Positions 16,222 through 25,286 of a DNA stretch of 32,000 bases are shown piece after piece. The notes below the pieces were generated by a model that was not told the DNA's origin, did no database searches, and was given only the letters and a program-made list of their open reading frames with translations. The DNA lies in assembly GCF_000018105.1 (NCBI RefSeq), contig NC_009925.1, positions 1,830,001 through 1,862,000 of the forward strand, in the 5' to 3' direction. This stretch comes from Acaryochloris marina MBIC11017 (GTDB lineage Bacteria > Cyanobacteriota > Cyanobacteriia > Thermosynechococcales > Thermosynechococcaceae). The translations under genes and the position numbers were made by a program. Positions within the stretch are counted from its first letter, which is position 1. Every line of letters starts with the position of its first letter.

Positions 16222-16773
16222 TTAAGCAGCCTTAACAATCAACGAAATATCCACACGATCTTTACTCGGCTCTTCGACTAACGCATAAATTCCAGGACCA
16301 AAGAAGCTGGCAAATCGGTCTTCTTTCTTCTTCCAGTTTTCAAATGGGACGTAGGGCGTTTCAAATTCAAGGACTAGTGTATAGGCACCCTCAGTATTCG
16401 CTTCGCGTATGCCCACCAACACAGGACATTCATCGACAAAACTGGGTTTGAGGCCCAGCCGATCTAGAGCGATATCCAAATGCACCGTTTGTCCATAGCG
16501 ATAGCGGGTCACATCCTGAACCACTTGCTTGAGGGTTGGCGTGGCTTGAGCGTCTCGCAAAGCCAACATTTCATCAGAGGGCTCTTCTTTTAAAAAAACA
16601 GGCTCAAGTTCAGCCGCTTTTAAGGCCAAAGCGCCCACTAACACAGGTACACCCACAAAGAATGTGATTACATTCAAGGTGGTTTCGTTATTGATGTACC
16701 CAGCCATCCCCACGACTGAGAGAATGGTTCCAATAATTAAGCCAATGGTTGCGACTGAAGTCCGGCGCAGCAT
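16222..16773 (-). CDS. Conserved two-TM membrane protein (DUF2854-like)
   Basis: 183-aa ORF with two N-terminal TM helices (IGLIIGTILSVVGMAGY; ITFFVGVPVLVGALAL) and a soluble C-terminal domain. The family name is recalled, not searched. Confidence 0.65.
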   Translation of the reverse strand: MLRRTSVATIGLIIGTILSVVGMAGYINNETTLNVITFFVGVPVLVGALALKAAELEPVFLKEEPSDEMLALRDAQATPTLKQVVQDVTRYRYGQTVHLDIALDRLGLKPSFVDECPVLVGIREANTEGAYTLVLEFETPYVPFENWKKKEDRFASFFGPGIYALVEEPSKDRVDISLIVKAA

Positions 16774-16824
16774 AATACCTCCATAATCGGGTCAAGAAAA
16801 AAGTAGAATCGCCCACTCTTAAGA

Positions 16825-17316
16825 TTAACGGTAATTTGTAAACTGCAGGGCAACAGGCCAATCTTCTTGCTTCAGATCTTGCATGACTTGCTGTAGGTCA
16901 TCCTTGGATTTGGAGGAGACTCGGACGACTTCTCCTTGGATACTGGCTTGAACTTTTTTATAGTCCGTACGGATCAGCTTAGAAATCTTTTTCGCCAATT
17001 CAGTATCAATGCCTTTTTGCAGCTTAATGGCCTGTCGGACCCGATTACCACTGGCCGATTCAATGATGCCATAATCAAAAATTTTCAGGGAGAGCTTGCG
17101 TTTAACCGCCTTGGTTTGCAGCACATTATGCACCGCATCCAAGGTAAATTCGCTATCCGTACTGATGGTGATTTCCGTTGGATCTAGCTTGATCTCTGTT
17201 TTAGTATCTTTCAGATCGTAGCGAGCCTTAATTTCTCGATTGGCTTGATCAATCGCATTGACCAATTCCTGCCATTCAAAATCACTAACAATATCAAAAG
17301 AACAAGTTGAAGCCAT
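16825..17316 (-). CDS. yajQ: YajQ family (UPF0234) nucleotide / c-di-GMP-binding protein
   Basis: 163-aa ORF. The stretch [37 protein letters not shown] is the typical YajQ N-terminus, and the length is typical. Confidence 0.9.
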   Translation of the reverse strand: MASTCSFDIVSDFEWQELVNAIDQANREIKARYDLKDTKTEIKLDPTEITISTDSEFTLDAVHNVLQTKAVKRKLSLKIFDYGIIESASGNRVRQAIKLQKGIDTELAKKISKLIRTDYKKVQASIQGEVVRVSSKSKDDLQQVMQDLKQEDWPVALQFTNYR

Positions 17317-17608
17317 AATTTTCTCAACAGATTTGGAAAGTCCTACTTAGTCTTAATTGAGGCCCGAAGGCCGCTCTTTCCGCTACTCTCCCGAATAACG
17401 TCCTGACTCAGGGTTGAGTCGAAGTCATTTCTAATGAATTCATAGCCAAAAGTATCCGGTCTTGCAGAAGATTTTACCAAAAGCGATCAGTCTACTTTCA
17501 ATCCATCCCCTTTTGCAGATTCCATCCACAAGTCGAACATTTTTTTGCGATGATTGACACTATAGAGCTTGCCTTTACAGGTTAGAGACTGAATTCAGAG
17601 GTTGAAAC

Positions 17609-18982
17609 ATGGGCATCGCAACCGTCAATCCGACAACCTTAGAAACACTTCAATCGTTTTCAGCTCTTACACCTGAAACCATTCAATTAAAGTTAGCGCA
17701 ATCTGAAGCGGCCTTTCAGTCTTATCGTCAGACGAGCTTTACGGATCGGAGTCAGTGGTTATTGAAAGCGGCTGATATGTTGGAAAACCCTGACAAAAGT
17801 CAGGAATATGCTGCCCTGATGACTTTAGAAATGGGTAAGCCAATTCAAGAAGCCCTAGGCGAGGTGAAGAAATGTGCTTGGGTCTGTCGTTACTATGCGG
17901 AACAGGCCCCCCTATTTCTAGCGAGTCAGACCATTGAAACGGATGCCCAACGCTCCTGGGTCTGTTATCAACCTCTGGGAATTGTATTGGCGGTCATGCC
18001 GTGGAATTTTCCCTTCTGGCAGGTCTTCCGATTTGCGGCTCCAGCCCTGATGGCTGGAAACGTAGGTATTCTTAAGCATGCCTCCAATGTCCCTCAATGT
18101 GCATTGGCGATTGAACAAATCCTCCTAGAAGCAGGGTTCCCTGAGCATGTGTTCCAAACCTTACTTATCTCTGCTCAGCAGGTAGAAATGGTCGTTAAAG
18201 ATGATCGGGTTAAAGCAGCAACCCTGACGGGGAGCGAGCCAGCCGGAGCCAGCTTAGCGGCGATCGCCGGTCGTCAGATCAAAAAAACAGTCCTAGAGCT
18301 AGGTGGCAGCGACCCATTCATTATCTTAGAGAGTGCTGATTTAGAGGCAGCGGTGGCAACAGCTGTGAAAGCGCGAATGTTGAATACGGGGCAGTCCTGT
18401 ATTGCTGCAAAACGATTTATTGTGGCGGATGCGATCGCAGATCCGTTTCTAGAAAAATTTACCGCAGCGCTGAGCAAGCTAGCCCTAGGCGATCCCATGA
18501 GCCCACAAACCGAGGTCGGCCCCTTGGCGACCACCAGTATTCTTGAAGAACTGGAACAGCAAGTCCAAACCGCCATTGCTCATGGTGCTCAAGTCCTGCT
18601 GGGTGGTCAACGTTGGTCAGACTTACCTGGGAATTTTTACCAGCCCACGGTTCTAACAAACATTACCAAAGACAACCCAATTTACGCCCAGGAATGCTTT
18701 GGTCCAGTCGCGTTAGTCTTTCGAGTGGCTGATATGAAAGCTGCCATTGCGTTAGCCAACGATAGCCCCTTTGGATTAGGAGCCAGTGCCTGGACCACCG
18801 ATCCCCAAGAACAGGATCATCTGATCCAACATTTGGACGCAGGCGCTGTCTTTATTAACGGCATGGTCAAATCTGATCCCCGCCTCCCTTTTGGTGGCAT
18901 CAAACGCTCTGGCTATGGCCGAGAATTAGGCATCCAAGGCATTCATGAATTCGTTAACATCAAAACCGTATGGGTGAAGTGA
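17609..18982 (+). CDS. gabD: NAD(P)+-dependent succinate-semialdehyde dehydrogenase (aldehyde dehydrogenase superfamily)
   Basis: 457-aa ORF with aldehyde dehydrogenase motifs: PWNFPFWQ, LELGGSDP (catalytic Glu), GQSCIAAKR (catalytic Cys) and PFGGIKRSGYGRE. It is paired with the ThDP decarboxylase gene 10 nt downstream. Confidence 0.85.
   Translation: MGIATVNPTTLETLQSFSALTPETIQLKLAQSEAAFQSYRQTSFTDRSQWLLKAADMLENPDKSQEYAALMTLEMGKPIQEALGEVKKCAWVCRYYAEQAPLFLASQTIETDAQRSWVCYQPLGIVLAVMPWNFPFWQVFRFAAPALMAGNVGILKHASNVPQCALAIEQILLEAGFPEHVFQTLLISAQQVEMVVKDDRVKAATLTGSEPAGASLAAIAGRQIKKTVLELGGSDPFIILESADLEAAVATAVKARMLNTGQSCIAAKRFIVADAIADPFLEKFTAALSKLALGDPMSPQTEVGPLATTSILEELEQQVQTAIAHGAQVLLGGQRWSDLPGNFYQPTVLTNITKDNPIYAQECFGPVALVFRVADMKAAIALANDSPFGLGASAWTTDPQEQDHLIQHLDAGAVFINGMVKSDPRLPFGGIKRSGYGRELGIQGIHEFVNIKTVWVK
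18260..18267. repeat. HIP1 palindrome GCGATCGC
   Basis: Exact octamer read in the sequence. Confidence 0.9.
18431..18438. repeat. HIP1 palindrome GCGATCGC
   Basis: Exact octamer read in the sequence. Confidence 0.9.
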
Positions 18983-18992
18983 GCCATTTTTA

Positions 18993-20630
18993 ATGAATAC
19001 AGCAGAATTGTTGGTCAAATGTTTGGAAAACGAGGGTGTTGAGTATATTTTTGGGTTGCCAGGAGAAGAAAACCTCCAAGTCTTAGAAGCCCTGCGAGAC
19101 TCCTCGATCCAGTTCATCACCACCCGCCATGAACAGGGGGCTGCGTTTATGGCCGATGTATACGGTCGATTAACCGGCCGAGCAGGAGTTTGCCTTTCAA
19201 CCCTAGGCCCAGGGGCCACCAACTTGATGACGGGGGTTGCCGATGCCAACTTAGATGGAGCCCCCTTAGTGGCGATTACCGGGCAAGTCGGCACCGATCG
19301 CATGCATATCGAGTCTCACCAGTATTTAGATTTGGTGGCCATGTTTAATCCCGTCACTAAATGGAACTCACAAATTGTTCGCCCCAGCAACACCCCAGAA
19401 ATTGTGCGACGAGCCTTCAAACGGGCCCAAACAGAAAAACCGGGAGCGGTGCATATCGATTTACCGGAAAATATTGCTGCTATGCCCGCCGAAGGCATGC
19501 CCCTACAGCAGGATAGCCTGAAGCGGAGTTTTGCCTCTCCTCGTAACCTTGAGCAGGCAGCTGAAATCATTTCTCAGGCCACTAATCCTTTAATCTTGGT
19601 GGGCAATGGAGCCATTCGAGCCAATGCCAGCGAGGCCCTCACCCAATTTGCCACCGAATTGAATATTCCTGTAGCCAATACGTTTATGGGTAAAGGGGTG
19701 ATTCGCTATACCCATCCCCTAGCTCTGTGGACCGTGGGATTACAACAGCGAGACTATATCAGCTGTGGCTTTGATCGAACCGATCTCGTCATTGCCGTGG
19801 GTTATGACTTAATCGAGTTTTCGCCTAAAAAGTGGAATCCGGATGGCACCATCCCCATTGTGCATGTGGGAGCAGAGCCAGCTGAGATTGACAGTAGCTA
19901 TATCCCTAAAACTGAAGTGGTCGGGGATATCTCTGATTCTCTGATCGAAATTCTCCGACGGGCAGACCGCCAGGGCAAGCCCGATCCCTACGGGGTTGAG
20001 CTTAGACCTCAAATCCGCGCAGACTATGAGGAATATGCCAAGGACGAGCACTTTCCCTTACGTCCGCAAAAGCTGATTTATGATCTCCGCGAAGTTCTCG
20101 CATCCGAAGATATTGTGATCTCTGATGTGGGGGCTCACAAAATGTGGATGGCTCGCCATTATCATTGTGATCGCCCGAACACCTGCCTAATTTCCAATGG
20201 ATTTGCAGCGATGGGAATTGCCATTCCTGGCGCTTTAGCTGCCAAATTAGTCTATCCCGATCGCCATGTGGTGGCTGTAACTGGCGACGGTGGTTTCATG
20301 ATCAATATGCAGGAACTGGAAACAGCATTGCGTCTGGGTGTGGCTTTTACCACCATTATTTTTAACGATGGCGGCTATGGTTTGATTGAGTGGAAACAAC
20401 AACAATATTACGGAGAAGCTTCTTTTATTAAGTTTGGCAACCCTGATTTTGTGCGGCTCGCAGAAAGTATGGGACTCAAAGGTTATAGAGTAGAATCGAG
20501 TGCTGATTTTATGCCTTGTCTAAAGACTGCATTGGCACAAGATGTGCCAACAATTGTGGACTGTCCAATTGATTACAAAGAGAATTTAATGTTTAGCCAA
20601 AAATCAGGTGAGATTGCTTGTATTAACTAA
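18993..20630 (+). CDS. ThDP-dependent acetolactate-synthase-like enzyme, probably 2-oxoglutarate decarboxylase
   Basis: 545-aa ORF with the ALS-family N-terminus (AELLVKCLENEGVEYIFGLPGEE), TRHEQGAAFMADVYGRLTG, and the ThDP motif GDGGFMINMQELETA...NDGGYG. Adjacency to the SSADH gene matches the cyanobacterial TCA-bypass pair. Confidence 0.8.
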   Translation: MNTAELLVKCLENEGVEYIFGLPGEENLQVLEALRDSSIQFITTRHEQGAAFMADVYGRLTGRAGVCLSTLGPGATNLMTGVADANLDGAPLVAITGQVGTDRMHIESHQYLDLVAMFNPVTKWNSQIVRPSNTPEIVRRAFKRAQTEKPGAVHIDLPENIAAMPAEGMPLQQDSLKRSFASPRNLEQAAEIISQATNPLILVGNGAIRANASEALTQFATELNIPVANTFMGKGVIRYTHPLALWTVGLQQRDYISCGFDRTDLVIAVGYDLIEFSPKKWNPDGTIPIVHVGAEPAEIDSSYIPKTEVVGDISDSLIEILRRADRQGKPDPYGVELRPQIRADYEEYAKDEHFPLRPQKLIYDLREVLASEDIVISDVGAHKMWMARHYHCDRPNTCLISNGFAAMGIAIPGALAAKLVYPDRHVVAVTGDGGFMINMQELETALRLGVAFTTIIFNDGGYGLIEWKQQQYYGEASFIKFGNPDFVRLAESMGLKGYRVESSADFMPCLKTALAQDVPTIVDCPIDYKENLMFSQKSGEIACIN

Positions 20631-20790
20631 ACTTTTTATCCAGGGTAGAGAAACATTTGTTTGAGTTTTGTAGGAAACGATCATTTTTTAATTCATCAGG
20701 GATTAGGATTTGATCGACAGCCCGGTTAGGATGGTAAAAAAATACAATCAGGTTTCACCCACCTGCTGCTCGATTATCATTCCGAAGTCT

Positions 20791-21780
20791 ATGAGTTCCT
20801 CTAGCGAACAGCCACCTAAGTCAACTCGTCACACCAAAAAAAAATCTGTTGATATGGACCCTCAAACGGTTTCAGATGAACAGTCCAATTCCCCCAAGGG
20901 TGAGACTCAACAGACTCATGTGGACAATATGCAATTAAAAGGTCCACCTCGGCGCCCTGTGGCTAAAACACCCCCGCCTCCAGCGCCTGAGATAGTTGCC
21001 GTAGAAAAAAAAGAACCTGCTGCGGATGTAACTATTGACGTACCTGAATCCGCAGGACAACAACCCATTCCACCGCCCAGTGAACCGATGCAATATCGGG
21101 CGATTGGATTAATCAAAGGGAAGTACCGACCTTCGGAAGAGCAATTTAATCGAGGAGACCTAATTACAGAAGACGAAACCCACTTGGATGCGGTTTTGTT
21201 GGGTCAGGTCATGAGTCTAGTCAAAAAGTATCTAGATTTAGAGCAAACCTATTTATGGGTCGTTTATCCTCGAACCCGCGAGAAAGAAGAAACGCTGCAT
21301 ATGCAGATTGTCGGCGTTTGGTCAACAGAAGGGTTTGGTCCTATGGCTGCGACCGAAGCGTCAGACACGCCTGAAGAACCTAGCCAGCTTGCGGCCCCCC
21401 TTCAAGATGGTTATTTTTCCATTCGGGGTGAGATTGTTTTTCAATCCACAGAGAGAAATTATTTATTGGTAAAAATCCAGCAATCTCCTCGAAAAAGTTC
21501 AGATCGCCCCAAAGCCTTTAAGCTCAAGCTCACTGGCAATCTAAAGGATAAAACTTTAGGCTATTTCTGGGATTTACATGTGCAGCGTCAAGGGGGAGAA
21601 CTAGCGATTGTCAATGGGCAAAAAGTGGCCCTTGTCCCTCCCAAACGCAAATCAAAGCAGGAAAGAAGCGAGTCTCGCAAACCCAGGAAGTTCAGCTCTC
21701 CTCGTCCTCAAAACACTTCAAACAAACCTCGCCCAGTGAGCAAGCCCATTATTAAGCGACGATCCTCTCCAGAATCGTAA
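20791..21780 (+). CDS. Hypothetical protein with Pro/Lys/Ser-rich low-complexity N- and C-termini
   Basis: The ORF track starts at a TTG (20710). I prefer the first ATG at 20791 (MSSSSEQPPK). The central part looks globular (YRAIGLIKGKYRP...LWVVYPRT...HMQIVGVW; FSIRGEIVFQ...FWDLHVQRQGGELAIVNGQ). The C-terminal 45 residues are strongly basic. Confidence 0.6.
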   Translation: MSSSSEQPPKSTRHTKKKSVDMDPQTVSDEQSNSPKGETQQTHVDNMQLKGPPRRPVAKTPPPPAPEIVAVEKKEPAADVTIDVPESAGQQPIPPPSEPMQYRAIGLIKGKYRPSEEQFNRGDLITEDETHLDAVLLGQVMSLVKKYLDLEQTYLWVVYPRTREKEETLHMQIVGVWSTEGFGPMAATEASDTPEEPSQLAAPLQDGYFSIRGEIVFQSTERNYLLVKIQQSPRKSSDRPKAFKLKLTGNLKDKTLGYFWDLHVQRQGGELAIVNGQKVALVPPKRKSKQERSESRKPRKFSSPRPQNTSNKPRPVSKPIIKRRSSPES

Positions 21781-21901
21781 TGATTGAGTTAGTTCTAAGG
21801 GAGGTGGAGTCGTCAACCCCTTCAACGCTCTGGAAGCTGTAGTGAGTAGGAGCTAGCTGGCGATATGCCACACCTGCTAATATTCAAGTCTTTGTAAGAC
21901 T

Positions 21902-21930
21902 TTGACAGGGCAATTTGGCTTTGTTAGTCT
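21902..21930 (+). promoter_or_regulatory. Candidate sigma-70-type promoter of the guaB3-type gene
   Basis: A consensus -35 TTGACA (21902-21907), a 17-nt spacer and a TAGTCT -10 (21925-21930; TAnnnT). It sits just after a 7-bp hairpin AAGTCTT/AAGACTT. Confidence 0.35.
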
Positions 21931-21947
21931 AGCTAAATCGTTCTGGA

Positions 21948-23123
21948 ATGGTTACTGGTGTGGATATTCAAATTGGCCGTGGCAAAACGGCGCGTAGAGC
22001 ATATGGAATTGACGAAATTGCCCTTTCACCAGGACAACGAACCCTAGATCCACAATTGGCAGATACCCAATGGCAAATTGGTGGTATTCAGCGGGAGATT
22101 CCCATTCTAGCGAGTGCAATGGATGGGGTTGTGGATGTCAAAATGGCCGTTCGTCTATCAGAATTAGGCGCCCTAGGGGTATTGAATTTGGAAGGGATTC
22201 AAACCCGATACAGCGATCCAGAGCCCATTCTGGACAAAATCGCCGGGGTTGATGTGAATGGCTTTGTGCCACTCATGCAAGAACTCTACGCAGAACCCAT
22301 CAAACCGGAACTGATTCGCGAGCGCATCACCCAGATCAAGTCTCAAGGAGGCATTGCAGCGGTGAGTGCAACACCGATCGGGGCTAGTAAATTTGGGCAA
22401 GCTGTGGTTGACGCAGGTGCGGATTTATTTTTTATCCAGGCAACAGTCGTTTCCACGGATCACGTGTCTCCAGAAAGTGTTACCCCTCTTGATCTAGCTA
22501 AGTTTTGCCAAGACCTCCCGATCCCTGTGGTGATGGGAAATTGTGTAACCTATGAAGTTACAAAAAGCTTAATGCAGGCCGGTGCTGCAGCAGTCTTGGT
22601 GGGTATTGGTCCCGGTGCAGCTTGCACAACCCGAGGCGTTTTGGGAGTTGGGGTTCCGCAAGCAACTGCGATCTCAGACTGTGCTGCCGCTCGTGATGAC
22701 CATTTTCGCGAGACTAACCAATATATTCCGATCATTGCGGATGGGGGCCTGATTACTGGCGGTGATGTGTGCAAATGTATCGCCTGTGGTGCCGACGCAA
22801 TTATGATGGGCTCGCCCATTGCTAGAGCAGCGGAAGCACCAGGACGAGGATTTCACTGGGGAATGGCAACGCCTAGTCCTGTGTTGCCCCGAGGGACACG
22901 AATTCGGGTCGGGACAACCGGTACCCTAGAGCAAATTCTGCGAGGACCAGCTCAGTTAGATGATGGCACCCACAACTTTCTTGGATCCTTGCAAACGAGC
23001 ATGGGGACTTTAGGGGCCAAAGATATTAAACAGATGCAGCAAGTAGAGGTAGTGGTTGCTCCATCTCTGCTGACAGAAGGGAAAGTCTACCAAGCAGCCC
23101 AAAAACTAGGCATGGGTAAATAA
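21948..23123 (+). CDS. GuaB3-family IMP dehydrogenase-related protein (no CBS insert)
   Basis: 391-aa ORF containing [23 protein letters not shown], a TIM-barrel IMPDH-like core ([21 protein letters not shown]) and no CBS pair. The start could be the GTG at 21960. Confidence 0.85.
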   Translation: MVTGVDIQIGRGKTARRAYGIDEIALSPGQRTLDPQLADTQWQIGGIQREIPILASAMDGVVDVKMAVRLSELGALGVLNLEGIQTRYSDPEPILDKIAGVDVNGFVPLMQELYAEPIKPELIRERITQIKSQGGIAAVSATPIGASKFGQAVVDAGADLFFIQATVVSTDHVSPESVTPLDLAKFCQDLPIPVVMGNCVTYEVTKSLMQAGAAAVLVGIGPGAACTTRGVLGVGVPQATAISDCAAARDDHFRETNQYIPIIADGGLITGGDVCKCIACGADAIMMGSPIARAAEAPGRGFHWGMATPSPVLPRGTRIRVGTTGTLEQILRGPAQLDDGTHNFLGSLQTSMGTLGAKDIKQMQQVEVVVAPSLLTEGKVYQAAQKLGMGK

Positions 23124-23210
23124 CAAAAATTTGCCAAACTTTACACGTATAGATGCCGATCTTTGCCAAAAAAGGTATGGCAAACGTGAATTGGTTGCCT
23201 AGAATGGGTA

Positions 23211-23287
23211 TAGCGGAGACGCATGTTTCCGTTCACTCCTCACACCACACTCCGCCTGAGCATTTGTTCGGGCGGCTTCCTCATTTT
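23211..23287 (+). ncRNA. yfr1: Yfr1-type small regulatory RNA
   Basis: The elements in order are a TAGAAT -10 box (23200-23205), a 5' hairpin (23212-23233: 9 bp including 2 G-U, loop GCAT), an unpaired exact ACTCCTCACAC (23235-23245), a 3' hairpin (23252-23260 pairing with 23267-23275, loop CATTTG), and a tail ending in TTTT (23284-23287). The ends are approximate. Confidence 0.7.
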
Positions 23288-23341
23288 AGGCGCTGATATA
23301 GGCATTTTGATTGTTAATTTTCTGTTTATGTCTAGGTGGGG

Positions 23342-23371
23342 TTGAACCTGCTATGGTACAAATCGTAGATA
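23342..23371 (+). promoter_or_regulatory. Candidate trxA promoter
   Basis: TTGAAC (23342-23347), an 18-nt spacer and TAGATA (23366-23371), about 28 nt upstream of the trxA ATG. The call rests on sequence pattern only. Confidence 0.3.
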
Positions 23372-23398
23372 AGCTACAGTCGATAAAGGTTTCTAAGC

Positions 23399-23722
23399 AT
23401 GTCATCAGCTGCCCCAGTCACAGATGCCACATTCAAAGAAGAAGTCATTGAAAGTGATGTTCCTGTTCTTGTTGATTTTTGGGCACCTTGGTGCGGACCT
23501 TGTCGGATGGTTGCTCCCGTCGTTGATGAAATCTCTGAGCAATATAAAGGCCAAGTCAAGGTTGTAAAAATCAACACGGATGAAAATCCCAATGTTGCCA
23601 GTCAGTACGGAATTCGTAGTATTCCGACTTTAATGGTCTTTAAGGGCGGGCAGCGTGTCGATATGGTTGTAGGAGCTGTTCCTAAAACCACTTTGGCCAG
23701 TACTTTAGATAAGTATCTCTAA
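23399..23722 (+). CDS. trxA: Thioredoxin
   Basis: 107-aa ORF with the WCGPC active site ([12 protein letters not shown]) and canonical thioredoxin length and flanks. Confidence 0.95.
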   Translation: MSSAAPVTDATFKEEVIESDVPVLVDFWAPWCGPCRMVAPVVDEISEQYKGQVKVVKINTDENPNVASQYGIRSIPTLMVFKGGQRVDMVVGAVPKTTLASTLDKYL

Positions 23723-23798
23723 TTTTTCAGGTTTTTCGGGTTCTAGCATGGAATCCGTTCGCTGCAACCCATCTTTGCAGTTCATTTAAGTTATAGAA

Positions 23799-23834
23799 GC
23801 GGTCCTTCGCCAATAAACTAAGGACCGCTTTTTT
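23799..23834 (+). terminator. Rho-independent terminator of trxA
   Basis: A perfect 9-bp stem, GCGGTCCTT (23799-23807) pairing with AAGGACCGC (23820-23828), a 12-nt loop, then TTTTTT (23829-23834). Confidence 0.8.
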
Positions 23835-23879
23835 GTCGTTAAATTGTTATCGTTGAGCTGACCCAGCCTAGAGTGACGC

Positions 23880-24977
23880 ATGCTTATGACTCAGTCTCCT
23901 GATCCATCGGTTGCTTTACATCAGCGTCTCGATCATTTTTTAGACGTTTTACCCCAACTCAAGCATGGTCCTCTGATGGTGCAGGCCCTGGAAACTGTGC
24001 TGAATATGGCAGAAGAAGATCTTGATCGCTTAGATTGGAAAATTCTGACGGCGGCCTTACAAGATCTAGAGCAAGGGTTTCAGGTTTTTCACCGCTATCG
24101 ACACATTCGTAAGATCTCCATTTTTGGGTCTTCTCGCCTACCACCGGATAGTCCGGCCTACCAAATGGCAGTAGATTTTGCCCGCTGCGTTACTCAGCAA
24201 GGCTTTATGGTAATGACGGGAGCGGGGGGCGGCATTATGGAAGCAGGTAATCAAGGGGCGGGGGCAGAAAAGTCTTTTGGCCTCAATATTCAGCTCCCCT
24301 TTGAGCAAGATTCAAATCCTTTCATCGCTGGGGATGAGAAGCTGATCGATTTCAAGTATTTCTTTACGCGTAAATTATTTTTTCTTCGGGAAACCGATGC
24401 GATCGCACTTTTCCCCGGTGGATTTGGCACCCAAGATGAAGCCTTTGAATGTCTGACCCTGAGCCAAACGGGAAAGTCTCCCCCCGTACCAGTGGTCTTA
24501 ATCGATCCACCAGGAACTTACTATTGGCAAGACTGGAATGCTTATATACACAAACATCTGATCGCTGGAGGGCTCATCAGTGAAGATGACCATCGCTTAT
24601 ATACGATTACGGATAACCTAGAGACTGCTTGTGCTGCGATTTCGGGATTCTACCAGGTTTACCATTCCAGCCGTTATGTCGGCGATCGCTTAGTGATGCG
24701 TCTCAATCAAGAACTCTCCGACTCAGATGTAAAGTGGCTAAATCAAGAGTTTACGGATATCCTGCTTCGTGACCAAATTCGCAAAAGTGGGGCGTTGCCA
24801 GAAGAATTGGATCATCAAGAACCTCAACCTCAACAAGTTGAGGATGAGACAGAACATTTACCCCGACTGGTGTTCTATTTCAATCAGCGGGACCATGGGC
24901 GGTTGAGCCAGATGATAGCAACCATTAACCAGATGGGTGACACCAACCAAACCCTTTACCATCCTGAACGAAAATAG
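23880..24977 (+). CDS. LOG / TIGR00730 family protein (long, PpnN-like nucleotide 5'-monophosphate nucleosidase type)
   Basis: 365-aa ORF with the motifs ISIFGSSR, MTGAGGGIMEAGNQGA and PGGFGTQDE (PGGxGTxxE), flanked by about 75-aa N-terminal and about 110-aa C-terminal extensions. Confidence 0.8.
   Translation: MLMTQSPDPSVALHQRLDHFLDVLPQLKHGPLMVQALETVLNMAEEDLDRLDWKILTAALQDLEQGFQVFHRYRHIRKISIFGSSRLPPDSPAYQMAVDFARCVTQQGFMVMTGAGGGIMEAGNQGAGAEKSFGLNIQLPFEQDSNPFIAGDEKLIDFKYFFTRKLFFLRETDAIALFPGGFGTQDEAFECLTLSQTGKSPPVPVVLIDPPGTYYWQDWNAYIHKHLIAGGLISEDDHRLYTITDNLETACAAISGFYQVYHSSRYVGDRLVMRLNQELSDSDVKWLNQEFTDILLRDQIRKSGALPEELDHQEPQPQQVEDETEHLPRLVFYFNQRDHGRLSQMIATINQMGDTNQTLYHPERK
24399..24406. repeat. 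HIP1 palindrome GCGATCGC
   Basis: Exact octamer read in the sequence. Confidence 0.9.
24682..24689. repeat. HIP1 palindrome GCGATCGC
   Basis: Exact octamer read in the sequence. Confidence 0.9.
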
Positions 24978-25286
24978 CACTGCACAGAATAGCTGAACAG
25001 ATCACGATTGGGCATCAATATTTTGATCTATGTCTGTGATAAATCGCCTTATGAATGGGCACGTTAGGGCTTGAGATAGTTAACACCTGTCTACCCGGTA
25101 ATTTTTTGTGAATTGACCACATAACCAGAAACAACAGCAGCACTCAAGCCCCTGACACTTGGCTGAAATAGGGGTGTTCATCCAGTTCTCCCCTGTTCTT
25201 GTTCTGTAGGTTACAGTGAAACTATCACAGAAATTGCCTAAATCGAGTCAATAGCGGTTCCAAAGGCTGTATTCGGGATTTAGACG

